Below, one piece after another: positions 9,650 through 18,368 of a DNA stretch of 64,000 nt (position 1 is the stretch's first letter; every line of letters begins with the position of its first letter). The notes beneath the pieces are model-generated. The model searched no databases. It was not told the origin of the DNA and saw only the letters and a list, made by a program, of their open reading frames with translations. Position numbers and translations under genes: made by a program. Source of the DNA: Halarcobacter sp. (GTDB lineage: Bacteria > Campylobacterota > Campylobacteria > Campylobacterales > Arcobacteraceae); contig OY781089.1 of NCBI GenBank assembly GCA_963676565.1, positions 2,464,001-2,528,000 on the forward strand, written 5' to 3'.

Positions 9650-10162
9650 TTACTCTTGTATTGTCCAAATAAACTTTGAGGTATCAAAACCTTTTTTTGA
9701 GGCTATATCTATTAATCTTTTTTTCGTATTTTCATCAATTGTTTTTGTTCTACTTAATATCCAAAGATATTCTCTACTTGGACTTCCAACTAATGCATAT
9801 TTATAGTCTTTATCTAAATCAATAATCCAGTAATCTCCATAAAATGGTCTAAAGAAACTAACTTTTAATTTTGAATTAGTAATATCAGTAGCATAAGCTA
9901 CCCCTTTTGCTTCTTTTTTCTCATTAGTTTCAATTTTTGTACATCTGTTGATAACTCTTATTTTTTCATCTTCAAGTAAACTATAATTAGCTGTAACATT
10001 CTTGCATCCTTTTTCAAAAAAGTGTTCAAATCTAGCTATTTCATACCAAGTACCTAAGTACCTATTTAAATCAACTCTGTTTTCTGTTGCTAGGGGCTCA
10101 TACTTTGTTGAACATCCCACAAAAAAAATTATAGCTACTGTTAATATTAATTTTCTTATCAT
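9650..10162 (-). CDS. blc: Outer-membrane lipocalin
   Basis: Lipobox FVGC; RYLGTWYEIAR, KLKVSFF.PF.GDYW, YLWILSR. Confidence 0.9.
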   Translation of the reverse strand: MIRKLILTVAIIFFVGCSTKYEPLATENRVDLNRYLGTWYEIARFEHFFEKGCKNVTANYSLLEDEKIRVINRCTKIETNEKKEAKGVAYATDITNSKLKVSFFRPFYGDYWIIDLDKDYKYALVGSPSREYLWILSRTKTIDENTKKRLIDIASKKGFDTSKFIWTIQE

Positions 10163-10164
10163 CT

Positions 10165-11454
10165 TTACTCCTTTATTTTATATATGTTCTTTTTTACATC
10201 TAATGCCATTTGTTTATAATCAAAACTTGGTATCAACTCTTCTTTTCCAAGCCATTTTTTCACATACTCTTTTCCACCATAAAAGCTTGATTGTTTAACT
10301 GGGTCAAATATTCGATACTCTTTATCATTGCCAACACCTGCTTGATAAGCAAAGTTACCATAATTTGAAGCAGGATTATAATCTAATAAATACTCTTCAA
10401 AAAATGCTGCACAATATCTAAAATCTAAACCAAGATTTTTTATAAAATAGCTTGCTAATAATTGTCTTTGCCTATTACTTATCCAACCTGTCTTTTTTAG
10501 TTCTATAACTCCTGCATCAATTATATCAATGCCCGTCTTAGCATTAAAAAATAATTCTAATTTATCTTTATTATTTAAAAAATTATACTTTTTATAAATT
10601 AGTCCCTCTTTTAAAAAAAGTCTATTTTCACTTTGAAGCATTACAAAATGAAAAAAATCTCTCCAAAGTAATTCAAAAAAAATCCAATAAGAAGATTTTG
10701 AAACTCCTAATTTGTTTTCATACTCTTTTATTTTATAATACAAAGTTTTAACACTAATACAACCACTTGCTAAATAAGAGGAAAACTTTGTGGAATTATT
10801 AAATCCATCTACTAAACTTCTAGTATCATAATAAATGTGGATATATTTAGATAAATATTCATCAACTCTTTTCAAGGCGTTTGTTTCTCCACCTTTTAAA
10901 ACTCTTTTATTTTCGTCAAAAGATAAGTTTATCTCTTCAATTTTTATACACATAAAAAGTTTATCTTTTGAATCAATCACTTTTATAGGTTCTTTTATAG
11001 TCATTTTTTCTGCTTTTTTTCTAAAATGACTAAAACTTTTAGTGTAATCAAACTCAAATGGTTCTAACATTGTTTGATTAAAGAAGCTTTTACCCTTGTA
11101 TTTTTCTAGCTTCTTTTCAAATTTCCTTTCTTCAACTCCGACTTCTTTTTCAAAAAAAACTCTTAAATCATAATCTTCATTTAAAAGCTCAAGTGTTATT
11201 TGTATATCCTCAACTATATAAAGCCAAATATTTTTTTTCAGTAAATTTTTCTTTAAATCAATTAAGGACTCATAAATAAATTGTTTTCTAAACTCTCCAC
11301 ATTTATTAAATCCAAGATTATTCCCTTTTAAAATCTCCAAAGAATAAAGACATATCATATTTTCACAGCATTTTGAGGCTTCATTTAAAGCTAGATTATC
11401 ATGTATTCTAAGATTGTTTCTAAAAACTGTAATACAAAGTTTTGGCTTACTCAC
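10165..11454 (-). CDS. Cryptochrome DASH-family flavoprotein (atypical; see findings)
   Basis: FRNNLRIHDN, GGET, STKFSSYLA.GCIS, FELLWRDFF, SNRQRQ, AGVGND; likely start GTG 11454 after GAGGAG, overlapping the upstream stop. Confidence 0.85.
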   Translation of the reverse strand: MSKPKLCITVFRNNLRIHDNLALNEASKCCENMICLYSLEILKGNNLGFNKCGEFRKQFIYESLIDLKKNLLKKNIWLYIVEDIQITLELLNEDYDLRVFFEKEVGVEERKFEKKLEKYKGKSFFNQTMLEPFEFDYTKSFSHFRKKAEKMTIKEPIKVIDSKDKLFMCIKIEEINLSFDENKRVLKGGETNALKRVDEYLSKYIHIYYDTRSLVDGFNNSTKFSSYLASGCISVKTLYYKIKEYENKLGVSKSSYWIFFELLWRDFFHFVMLQSENRLFLKEGLIYKKYNFLNNKDKLELFFNAKTGIDIIDAGVIELKKTGWISNRQRQLLASYFIKNLGLDFRYCAAFFEEYLLDYNPASNYGNFAYQAGVGNDKEYRIFDPVKQSSFYGGKEYVKKWLGKEELIPSFDYKQMALDVKKNIYKIKE

Positions 11455-12835
11455 TAAATAACTCCTCTTTAAATCTTTTTGCATTATTCAAATGGTTTTG
11501 AAGTTTCTCCTCATCCATTTTATTTAGTAATGAAATTTGCATTTTCATTCTTGGATTGTCTTTGAAAAGATGATTATATTTATATAAAAAGCTCCAATAT
11601 AAACCATCCCAGATTTCACACCAACTTTCACTTTTTTTATAATCACTTGACATTTTTAAAATATAGTTACTACTACTTATATATGGTTTTGTTGTAATTG
11701 AACCACCGTCACTAAAACCACTCATACCATATACATTTCCAACCATAACCCAATCATATGCATCAATATAGTTTGCCATAAAAAACTCATATACACTATT
11801 TGGTTTTATCTCTAAAAGTAAAAATAAATTTCCAATTATCATAAGTCTTTCTATATGATGGTTATATGAAGTAAGCTTTAGTTTTTTTATTACATCATCA
11901 AAGGGTTTTAATGAAGTATCTCCTTCATAAACTTTTTTAGGAATCTCATTTTCAAAACCAAAAAAATTGGAATTTCTAAGTTTTACATGGGAAGTTTTAT
12001 AGATAGAAAGCATAAACTCTCTCCAAGCAATTATTTGTCTTAAAAATCCCTCTTTTGCATTAAAAGGTACATCAACCTTTGAAGCTTCGTTTATTAGATA
12101 TTTTAAATCTAAAAGTCCAACATTTAAACTTGAAGAGATATTTGAATGAAATAAAAAAGAGCCTTTTTCTACAATTGCATCTTGATAAACACCATATTTT
12201 TTAAATTTATTTTTTAGAAAATAACCTAGGTTTGCCCTTGCCTCTTCAAATGTTATTGGATAAGTAAACTGTTCGCAAGTTCCTACGCTTTTGAATTTCT
12301 TGCAATACTCTTTTGCTTCATGTAAATATTTATTTTCAAAATTTAGTATTTGAGGAACTAATTCATTCTTTGGCATCTTCTTTCTATTTTCACTGTCAAA
12401 ACTCCATTTTCCACCATAAGGTTTACCATTTTCAACAAATAGATTTAATTCTTTTCTTCTATTTATATAGTATTTGTGTAAAAACTTATTTTCATCATTA
12501 ACATTTAAAAAATTTGGGTTCTCAAGAATTTTTATTTTTTTAAAATTTCTTTTTATTTTTTTCAATAACCAGTCATCAACAACATCATAAATAACTATCT
12601 GTTTATCTTGATATGTTTCTAAATATCTCTCATCTTCATAATATTCCACATCGATTTCATTTTTTAGTAAATACTCTTCATAAAACTTCATTGAAGCTCT
12701 ATGAAAAATAAGTTTTTGTATATGAAAAGTATATAAAGTAAAGAACAAAGGCTCTTCAATTAGAAGAACCTTTTTATTTTTTAGATTTTCAATATTTTCA
12801 AATAATTGATGAGGATATAATATAAAGATATTCAA
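11447..12835 (-). CDS. Prokaryotic (6-4) photolyase/cryptochrome family protein (PhrB/CryB-related), Fe-S-less type
   Basis: PHQLF, H.QKLIFHRASM, GGKWSFDSENR, YQDA, EGFLRQIIAWREF, HHIERLM, DAYDWV, KPYISSSNYILKMS. Confidence 0.87.
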   Translation of the reverse strand: MNIFILYPHQLFENIENLKNKKVLLIEEPLFFTLYTFHIQKLIFHRASMKFYEEYLLKNEIDVEYYEDERYLETYQDKQIVIYDVVDDWLLKKIKRNFKKIKILENPNFLNVNDENKFLHKYYINRRKELNLFVENGKPYGGKWSFDSENRKKMPKNELVPQILNFENKYLHEAKEYCKKFKSVGTCEQFTYPITFEEARANLGYFLKNKFKKYGVYQDAIVEKGSFLFHSNISSSLNVGLLDLKYLINEASKVDVPFNAKEGFLRQIIAWREFMLSIYKTSHVKLRNSNFFGFENEIPKKVYEGDTSLKPFDDVIKKLKLTSYNHHIERLMIIGNLFLLLEIKPNSVYEFFMANYIDAYDWVMVGNVYGMSGFSDGGSITTKPYISSSNYILKMSSDYKKSESWCEIWDGLYWSFLYKYNHLFKDNPRMKMQISLLNKMDEEKLQNHLNNAKRFKEELFSE

Positions 12836-12853
12836 CTTAGTTCCAATATGTGT

Positions 12854-13789
12854 TTAAGCACATCTGTTTTCAAATAAATCTTTTAGAGTTTCAAGGAAAT
12901 ATTGATTATGGTTTGGAGCCTTTGCTACTCTATAATCTTTTATTCCAACCTCATCGGCAATCTCTTTATACTCAATGTCAAGTTCAAATTGTGTTTCAGA
13001 GTTATCTACTGTAAAAGATATTGGATAAACAATAACCTTTTTATCTTTCATCTCATGAAGCTTATCATCCATATATGGTCTAATCCATTCCATTGGTCCT
13101 AGTCTAGACTGATATGCTGTATGTATATTCTTAAACTTAATACCTTGTTTTTCTAACTCCTTCTTTGCACACTCTACATTTGCAAGAATATGCTTTTGAT
13201 AAGGATCACCTTTATCTATAGTTCTTTGAGTTAAACCATGTGCAGAAAAGATTAATTCAAACTCTTCTGATTTATCATCTCCTAATGTCTCTTTTATTCT
13301 CTCTACTATTGCTTTATTATATAACTCATGGTCATAATATGAATCTAAGGTTTTAATCTTACCTTTAATACCTAATTTCTTTGCCCATTTTTCAAACTCT
13401 TCAATTGATGATTTAGTTGTAGTTGAAGAATAGTGTGGATACATTGGAATTGCATATATTTCATCATAAGGCTTTAAGTCTTTTAATACATCTTTAGCAA
13501 AAGGTGGTGTGTATCTCATCTTATAAAATACATCAGCATCAACTATTTTTTCTAGTCTTCTAGCTAATCTTTTTGTATGACCTACTATTGGAGACATTCC
13601 CCCTAGAGCTTTATAGTTTTCTTTTGCTTCTTTTTTTCTCATACTTGTAATAAAAAAGCCTATCATTGCTCTTATTGGTTGTGGAGCTCCAATTATATAT
13701 TTATCATTAAACATGTTTGTTAGGAAAACCTCTACCTCATTTAGGTTATTAGGTCCTCCCATGTTCATTAGTACAATTGCTTTTTTCAC
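12854..13789 (-). CDS. hemH: Ferrochelatase
   Basis: MNMGGP, MRYTPPF, PMYPHYS.TT, FSAHGL, GDPY, YQSRLGPMEW, FTVDNSET.FELD; GTG start after AAGGA. Confidence 0.95.
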   Translation of the reverse strand: MKKAIVLMNMGGPNNLNEVEVFLTNMFNDKYIIGAPQPIRAMIGFFITSMRKKEAKENYKALGGMSPIVGHTKRLARRLEKIVDADVFYKMRYTPPFAKDVLKDLKPYDEIYAIPMYPHYSSTTTKSSIEEFEKWAKKLGIKGKIKTLDSYYDHELYNKAIVERIKETLGDDKSEEFELIFSAHGLTQRTIDKGDPYQKHILANVECAKKELEKQGIKFKNIHTAYQSRLGPMEWIRPYMDDKLHEMKDKKVIVYPISFTVDNSETQFELDIEYKEIADEVGIKDYRVAKAPNHNQYFLETLKDLFENRCA

Positions 13790-13808
13790 TTATATCCTTT
13801 TTATTAGG

Positions 13809-13856
13809 ATAATATTTAAATTGGCTGTTTTTTTGTATGTAATTCTTGTTAGTTTA
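13809..13856 (-). promoter_or_regulatory. Shared island promoter motif, copy 2 (TAAACTAACA-N9-TACAAA-N17-TATTAT) upstream of hemH
   Basis: Read on the minus strand; same spacing as the other three copies. Confidence 0.65.
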
Positions 13857-14316
13857 TATTATTTTGTTGAGATAAAATTTCTTTAGTGATTTTATGTCTA
13901 AAGCTAAACATACTATCTAATTCTTTTTTTACAAAGAAATTAAAAAGCTTACCAAATCTTCCAAAGGGTAAAACATATAAAACTTCATCTTTCAATTCTA
14001 CACTATTACCTCTTTTAGTAAATATATGGGAATGTTTCCAATACCTAAATGGAGACTTCATCGCAAAATCTACAAGTAAATTAGGTTTTTGATTTTTTAA
14101 TATCTTAACTTCCCAATATATTGGAATAGGCATAAGTTTTTTTACTGTTTTTAATCGTAGAACTTCATGCTCTTTTGCTTCAAAGCTATCATTTAACATA
14201 GTTACTTTCATATCAGGAGGAGTAATCTTTATTAAATTATTTGAATCAAGATGAAACTCATATAACTCCTCTACTGTACAGTTTTTTATTAATGAAGTTT
14301 TCTCATACTTAAACAT
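13849..14316 (-). CDS. SRPBCC (START-like) family protein
   Basis: FH....NL.KITPP, D...KSPF.YW.H.H.F, D.V.Y.LPFG and FSFRH motifs. Confidence 0.85.
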   Translation of the reverse strand: MFKYEKTSLIKNCTVEELYEFHLDSNNLIKITPPDMKVTMLNDSFEAKEHEVLRLKTVKKLMPIPIYWEVKILKNQKPNLLVDFAMKSPFRYWKHSHIFTKRGNSVELKDEVLYVLPFGRFGKLFNFFVKKELDSMFSFRHKITKEILSQQNNIN

Positions 14317-14320
14317 TTAC

Positions 14321-15175
14321 TTAGCCTACTAAATCTTCTATAGTATCTTCTATATTTGTATATTTAAATTTAAAACCACTATCAATTAATCTTTTTGGTT
14401 TAGCACATTGTCCATCAGTTAAAACCTTTGCACCTTCACTAAATATCAAGTTTAATGCAAACTCAGGTACGGGGAATATTGTAGGTCTATTTAAAGTTTT
14501 TCCTAAAGCTTTTGTAAGTCCTAAATTAGTTGTTGGTGTTGGTGCTGTTAAGTTATACACCCCTTCACATTGTTTATTTTCTATTACATGTTCATAGGCA
14601 TCCAATAAATCACTTATATGAATAAATGAAAAATTTTGTTTCCCATCTCCAATGGTACCACCAACTCCAAGTTTAAATGGAGTTAACATCTTTTTTAAAG
14701 CTCCGCCATCACCTAATACAATACCAAATCTAAATATTGCTGTTCTAATATCTAATTCTTTAGCCTTTAAAGCTTCAGCTTCCCAATCTTTTGCTAATTT
14801 ACCTAAAAAATCTTTTGAATAATTAAAGTCATCTTCGTTATAACAAGCAATATTGTCATATATACCAACTGCTGAAGTTGATATTAAAAGTTCAGTTTTT
14901 TTTTCTGCTTTTTCAAAGGCTTTGATTAAAGCTTTTGTAGTATCTATTCTACTAGAGTATAATAATTTTTTATAAGACTCAGTCCATCTGTTGATAATAT
15001 TTGCACCAGCAAGATTAATAACTACATCTGCTTTTTCTATAGTTTTTGTAAGCTCTTTTATATCTTTAAGGGTTTCTCTTTTGATTCCAATTACTTTAAA
15101 TCCCTTATTCTCAAATCTATTTTTAATACTAGTACCAACAAAACCACTTGAGCCAGTTATTGCTAAAGTTTTCAT
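14321..15175 (-). CDS. TIGR01777 family oxidoreductase/epimerase
   Basis: ITGSSGFVG, INLAGA.I..RWT, SRIDTT, SAVGIY, RFGIVL, GGTIGDGKQ, P..L...GF.F.Y. Confidence 0.9.
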   Translation of the reverse strand: MKTLAITGSSGFVGTSIKNRFENKGFKVIGIKRETLKDIKELTKTIEKADVVINLAGANIINRWTESYKKLLYSSRIDTTKALIKAFEKAEKKTELLISTSAVGIYDNIACYNEDDFNYSKDFLGKLAKDWEAEALKAKELDIRTAIFRFGIVLGDGGALKKMLTPFKLGVGGTIGDGKQNFSFIHISDLLDAYEHVIENKQCEGVYNLTAPTPTTNLGLTKALGKTLNRPTIFPVPEFALNLIFSEGAKVLTDGQCAKPKRLIDSGFKFKYTNIEDTIEDLVG

Positions 15176-15204
15176 ATCTACTCCTTTGCAATTTAATTTT
15201 ACAA

Positions 15205-15251
15205 ATTATAATATATTTATGATTTATTGGTATATTTTATTTGTTAGTTAA
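15205..15251 (-). promoter_or_regulatory. Shared island promoter motif, copy 3 (TTAACTAACA-N9-TACCAA-N16-TATAAT) upstream of TIGR01777
   Basis: Perfect TATAAT -10 16 nt after TACCAA; nearly identical to the ybgA copy. Confidence 0.72.
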
Positions 15252-15257
15252 ACCTTT

Positions 15258-15965
15258 TTAAAAACTTCTTTTATCTAGATATTCTCTAAAATCTTTTGCC
15301 CCATCCTTAGAACTTGTCACAATATCATCAATTCCATTAAATGATATCTCTAACTTAGATTGTTCTACACTTTGCATAGATTTAATCTTATCTACATTTA
15401 CAATATATGACCTATGTATCCTAAAGAAATTTTTACCTTCTAATACAGACTGCATATCTCCAATCTTTTTTCGTAAGTAAGCATCTGCATCTTTGATTTT
15501 TATAATAACTTCATCTAAATCAGCTTTGATATAAAAAATATCATCTATATCAATAAGATAGATTTTATTTCCTCTTTTTGCCACAAGTTTTTTTGTTTCA
15601 TCAGCTTTTACAATATATTTTTTCATTTTATCCAATGAGTTTTTTATTGATTCATTTGAAATTGGTTTTAGTAAATAATCAATACCACCACTTTGAAAAG
15701 CTTCAAGTGCATGCTCTTCATATGCAGTTTGAAATATAATAAAAGTTTTTGGATTTAAATTTACTATTGTGTTTGCTAACTCTAAACCATTCATATCTGG
15801 CATTGATATATCTAAAAAGGCAACATCAAACTTCTCTTTACTTAAAATTTTTATTGCTTCAATAGCACTAGAACAAGCAGTAACATCTAAAATCCCTTCT
15901 TCATTTAAAAGTCTATTTAATCTACTAAGTGCTAATTTTTCATCATCTACTATCAATACTTTCAA
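15258..15965 (-). CDS. LytTR-family response regulator
   Basis: Receiver VDDE...FLDISMP...TAY...YLLKP; LytTR domain FFRIHRSYIVN. Confidence 0.93.
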   Translation of the reverse strand: MKVLIVDDEKLALSRLNRLLNEEGILDVTACSSAIEAIKILSKEKFDVAFLDISMPDMNGLELANTIVNLNPKTFIIFQTAYEEHALEAFQSGGIDYLLKPISNESIKNSLDKMKKYIVKADETKKLVAKRGNKIYLIDIDDIFYIKADLDEVIIKIKDADAYLRKKIGDMQSVLEGKNFFRIHRSYIVNVDKIKSMQSVEQSKLEISFNGIDDIVTSSKDGAKDFREYLDKRSF

Positions 15966-15967
15966 TA

Positions 15968-16957
15968 CTAATCCTTCAAGCTTATTATAAATTTCATACT
16001 AGAACTATCTACTTGATGGCTTAATCTTCCAACATCAAGCAGATCTAATCTTTTATCAAGATTATTTAAACCTGTTCCATATTTTATTCTTTGAGATAGT
16101 TTACCATTATTTATTATAACAATCTGCTTTGAAGAAACTAAAACATCTATTTTTAGTTTATTTCTATTATATCCATGCTTTATTGCATTTTCTACTAATA
16201 GTTGAATAGAAAACTTAGGTACTAAAATATTTTCATCATCTTCATTTAACTCAACATTTAGTTCAATATTATTCTCAAACCTAATATTTTCAATATTTAA
16301 ATAGGTTTTAACCATATCAATTTCAGTTTTAATTGGAATTAAACTCTCTTTAGTAATGGCATTACGTAAAAACCTAGATAACTCAAGGGTTGCTCTCTCT
16401 GCATCTTTTTTATCTACATATATTAATTCAGAAATAGAATTTAAGGCATTAAATAAAAAATGTGGATTTAATTCATTTTCTAAAGCTTTAATTTTTGTTT
16501 CTAAAACTTGAGAATGTATATTTTCATATCTATGTTTCATTGATACAAATTGGTGTAATATTAGTCCAATTAAAAATGTGAGAAATCCAATAATTATAGA
16601 GATAAAAAACCAATAAGGACTTATAAACTCTACTATTTCAATTTTAAAAAAAGAACCAAAATAAAAACTAAAAGAGAAACCTAAAAACCCAGATAAAAAT
16701 GAGAAAAAGAAACTAATCAAATACCAAAATTTCTCTTTGAGCTTTGGTAATATAAAATCATTTGAGATTGTAATAAATACAAAAGAAAATAAAGAGATAC
16801 AAAAAGCCGTTAAACTACTAAAAAGTACTGTGTATACATTTTTGAATTCTTCATTTAGAAAATAGAAAAACCAAGAGATTAAAAACCCAAAACTAGTTCC
16901 TATAAATATTATATAAAGCCAGTCTCTTTTTGAAATTTTTAATTTTATTCTATCCAT
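15968..16957 (-). CDS. LytS/YehU-type membrane sensor histidine kinase
   Basis: About 4 TM helices; ELNPHFLFNALNSI H-box, YL.IE.IRF, QLLVENAIKHG, GTGL.NL..RL. Confidence 0.9.
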   Translation of the reverse strand: MDRIKLKISKRDWLYIIFIGTSFGFLISWFFYFLNEEFKNVYTVLFSSLTAFCISLFSFVFITISNDFILPKLKEKFWYLISFFFSFLSGFLGFSFSFYFGSFFKIEIVEFISPYWFFISIIIGFLTFLIGLILHQFVSMKHRYENIHSQVLETKIKALENELNPHFLFNALNSISELIYVDKKDAERATLELSRFLRNAITKESLIPIKTEIDMVKTYLNIENIRFENNIELNVELNEDDENILVPKFSIQLLVENAIKHGYNRNKLKIDVLVSSKQIVIINNGKLSQRIKYGTGLNNLDKRLDLLDVGRLSHQVDSSSMKFIISLKD

Positions 16958-18368
16958 TAAATTCCTTGTTTAAAGCTTTTACTCCAATTGCAACGCCAGG
17001 CCATCCTTGACCTGCAAAAACTGAGTCTCCAATATTGTATAAACCTTTAAAGGGTGTTTTAGCACTAGGAGTTGAAAAAATATTTTTCATAGTAATAGCT
17101 CTACCTCCACAATTATATCTATTTACATACCTGTTAAAGGTAAGTGAAGTAGCACTAAATTTTTTTATTATATCCTCTTTTTTTATAGTATTAAGTTTCT
17201 GCAATAGTTTTTCTATAATAAACTCTTGGGTTTGCTCTTTTTTTAATTCATACTCATCTTTATCTAACTTTTTCCAAAAAGAAGCCTTTGTATGAGAAGA
17301 GATTGTAACTGAGAATCCCCTTTTTGACATCTTTTCATCATCTTTACTACTAATAGAGATAAAAAATGAATTTGAGATACAATTTGGTATCTGTTCATCA
17401 AGAATTATTAAATAATGGTGTAAAAGATCATAATTTTTTTCTAATACCAAATTTACTACAAAAGCACTTTGGTCATTGAACTCAAAACTATCATAATATT
17501 TTTTTATTCTTTCATCTTCAAAAAGTTTTCCACTATCATAAATAGTAGAGTTTAATACTACATTCTTTGATAAATATTCATCTTTATTTGAGATTAGTCT
17601 AAAATAGTCTTTTTCTAAAACTATTTTTATAATCTCCTCTTTTTTCTTAATTTCAATATCTTCAAGTAAACCATCAAATAAACTACCCATTCCACCATTT
17701 ACATAAAATACATCATGAAAAGGGTATGAAAGCCCTAAAGCTAAAGAAAGAAGTGATATATCCTTTGATGTTGTTTGTAAAGTAATCAAAAGTTGTGCAT
17801 CAATAAAATGTTGATACTCTAAACTTATATTTCCAAGGGTTTCTTTTATAAAACTATTTGCACTTTTAAATACTTCAATATTAAAACTTCTAAAAAGTTT
17901 AATTAGAGTATTTGCACTAAGTATATAAGATTTTAAAGAATATTTTCCATAATAAATATCATGGATTTGCCAAAACTTTTCATCAAGCTCTTTAATTTTG
18001 GCCCAAAAAGCTCTATTATTTTTATTTGGGAAAGCTTTATTAATTTGGTCTAAAAACTCTTCAAAATCTTTTACTCTATCAATTGTTTTTCCATTTTGAA
18101 AAACTCTAAAAGCTATATTGCTTTTTTTGATATCAGGATTATAATTTGCATAATCAAAAATCTCTTTTACAGGATGGTTTTCTTCAAAGCCTACAAAAGT
18201 AGTTGCCCCACTATTAAAAAAACTTCCATATCTTTTAAAAGTACTTGCACATCCTCCTAAGTTTGAATCCTTTTCAAATACCACTATATCTTTATCGCTA
18301 TTTAATGAGGCAAACATACTGCCTCCCATTCCAGAGCCAATTACACAGAGTTCATAATATCTACACAT
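16950..18368 (-). CDS. FAD-dependent oxidoreductase, phytoene desaturase/CrtD-like
   Basis: VIGSGMGG, FEK...LGGCASTFKR.G..F.SGAT, GGMG, GLY.IGDSVFAGQGWPGV; probable start ATG 18368 overlapping the photolyase end. Confidence 0.75.
   Translation of the reverse strand: MCRYYELCVIGSGMGGSMFASLNSDKDIVVFEKDSNLGGCASTFKRYGSFFNSGATTFVGFEENHPVKEIFDYANYNPDIKKSNIAFRVFQNGKTIDRVKDFEEFLDQINKAFPNKNNRAFWAKIKELDEKFWQIHDIYYGKYSLKSYILSANTLIKLFRSFNIEVFKSANSFIKETLGNISLEYQHFIDAQLLITLQTTSKDISLLSLALGLSYPFHDVFYVNGGMGSLFDGLLEDIEIKKKEEIIKIVLEKDYFRLISNKDEYLSKNVVLNSTIYDSGKLFEDERIKKYYDSFEFNDQSAFVVNLVLEKNYDLLHHYLIILDEQIPNCISNSFFISISSKDDEKMSKRGFSVTISSHTKASFWKKLDKDEYELKKEQTQEFIIEKLLQKLNTIKKEDIIKKFSATSLTFNRYVNRYNCGGRAITMKNIFSTPSAKTPFKGLYNIGDSVFAGQGWPGVAIGVKALNKEFNG

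Noticed and set aside
11455..11484. ATG 11484 as the Cry-DASH start
   Set aside because: GTG 11454 has a GAGGAG RBS and a typical coupled overlap
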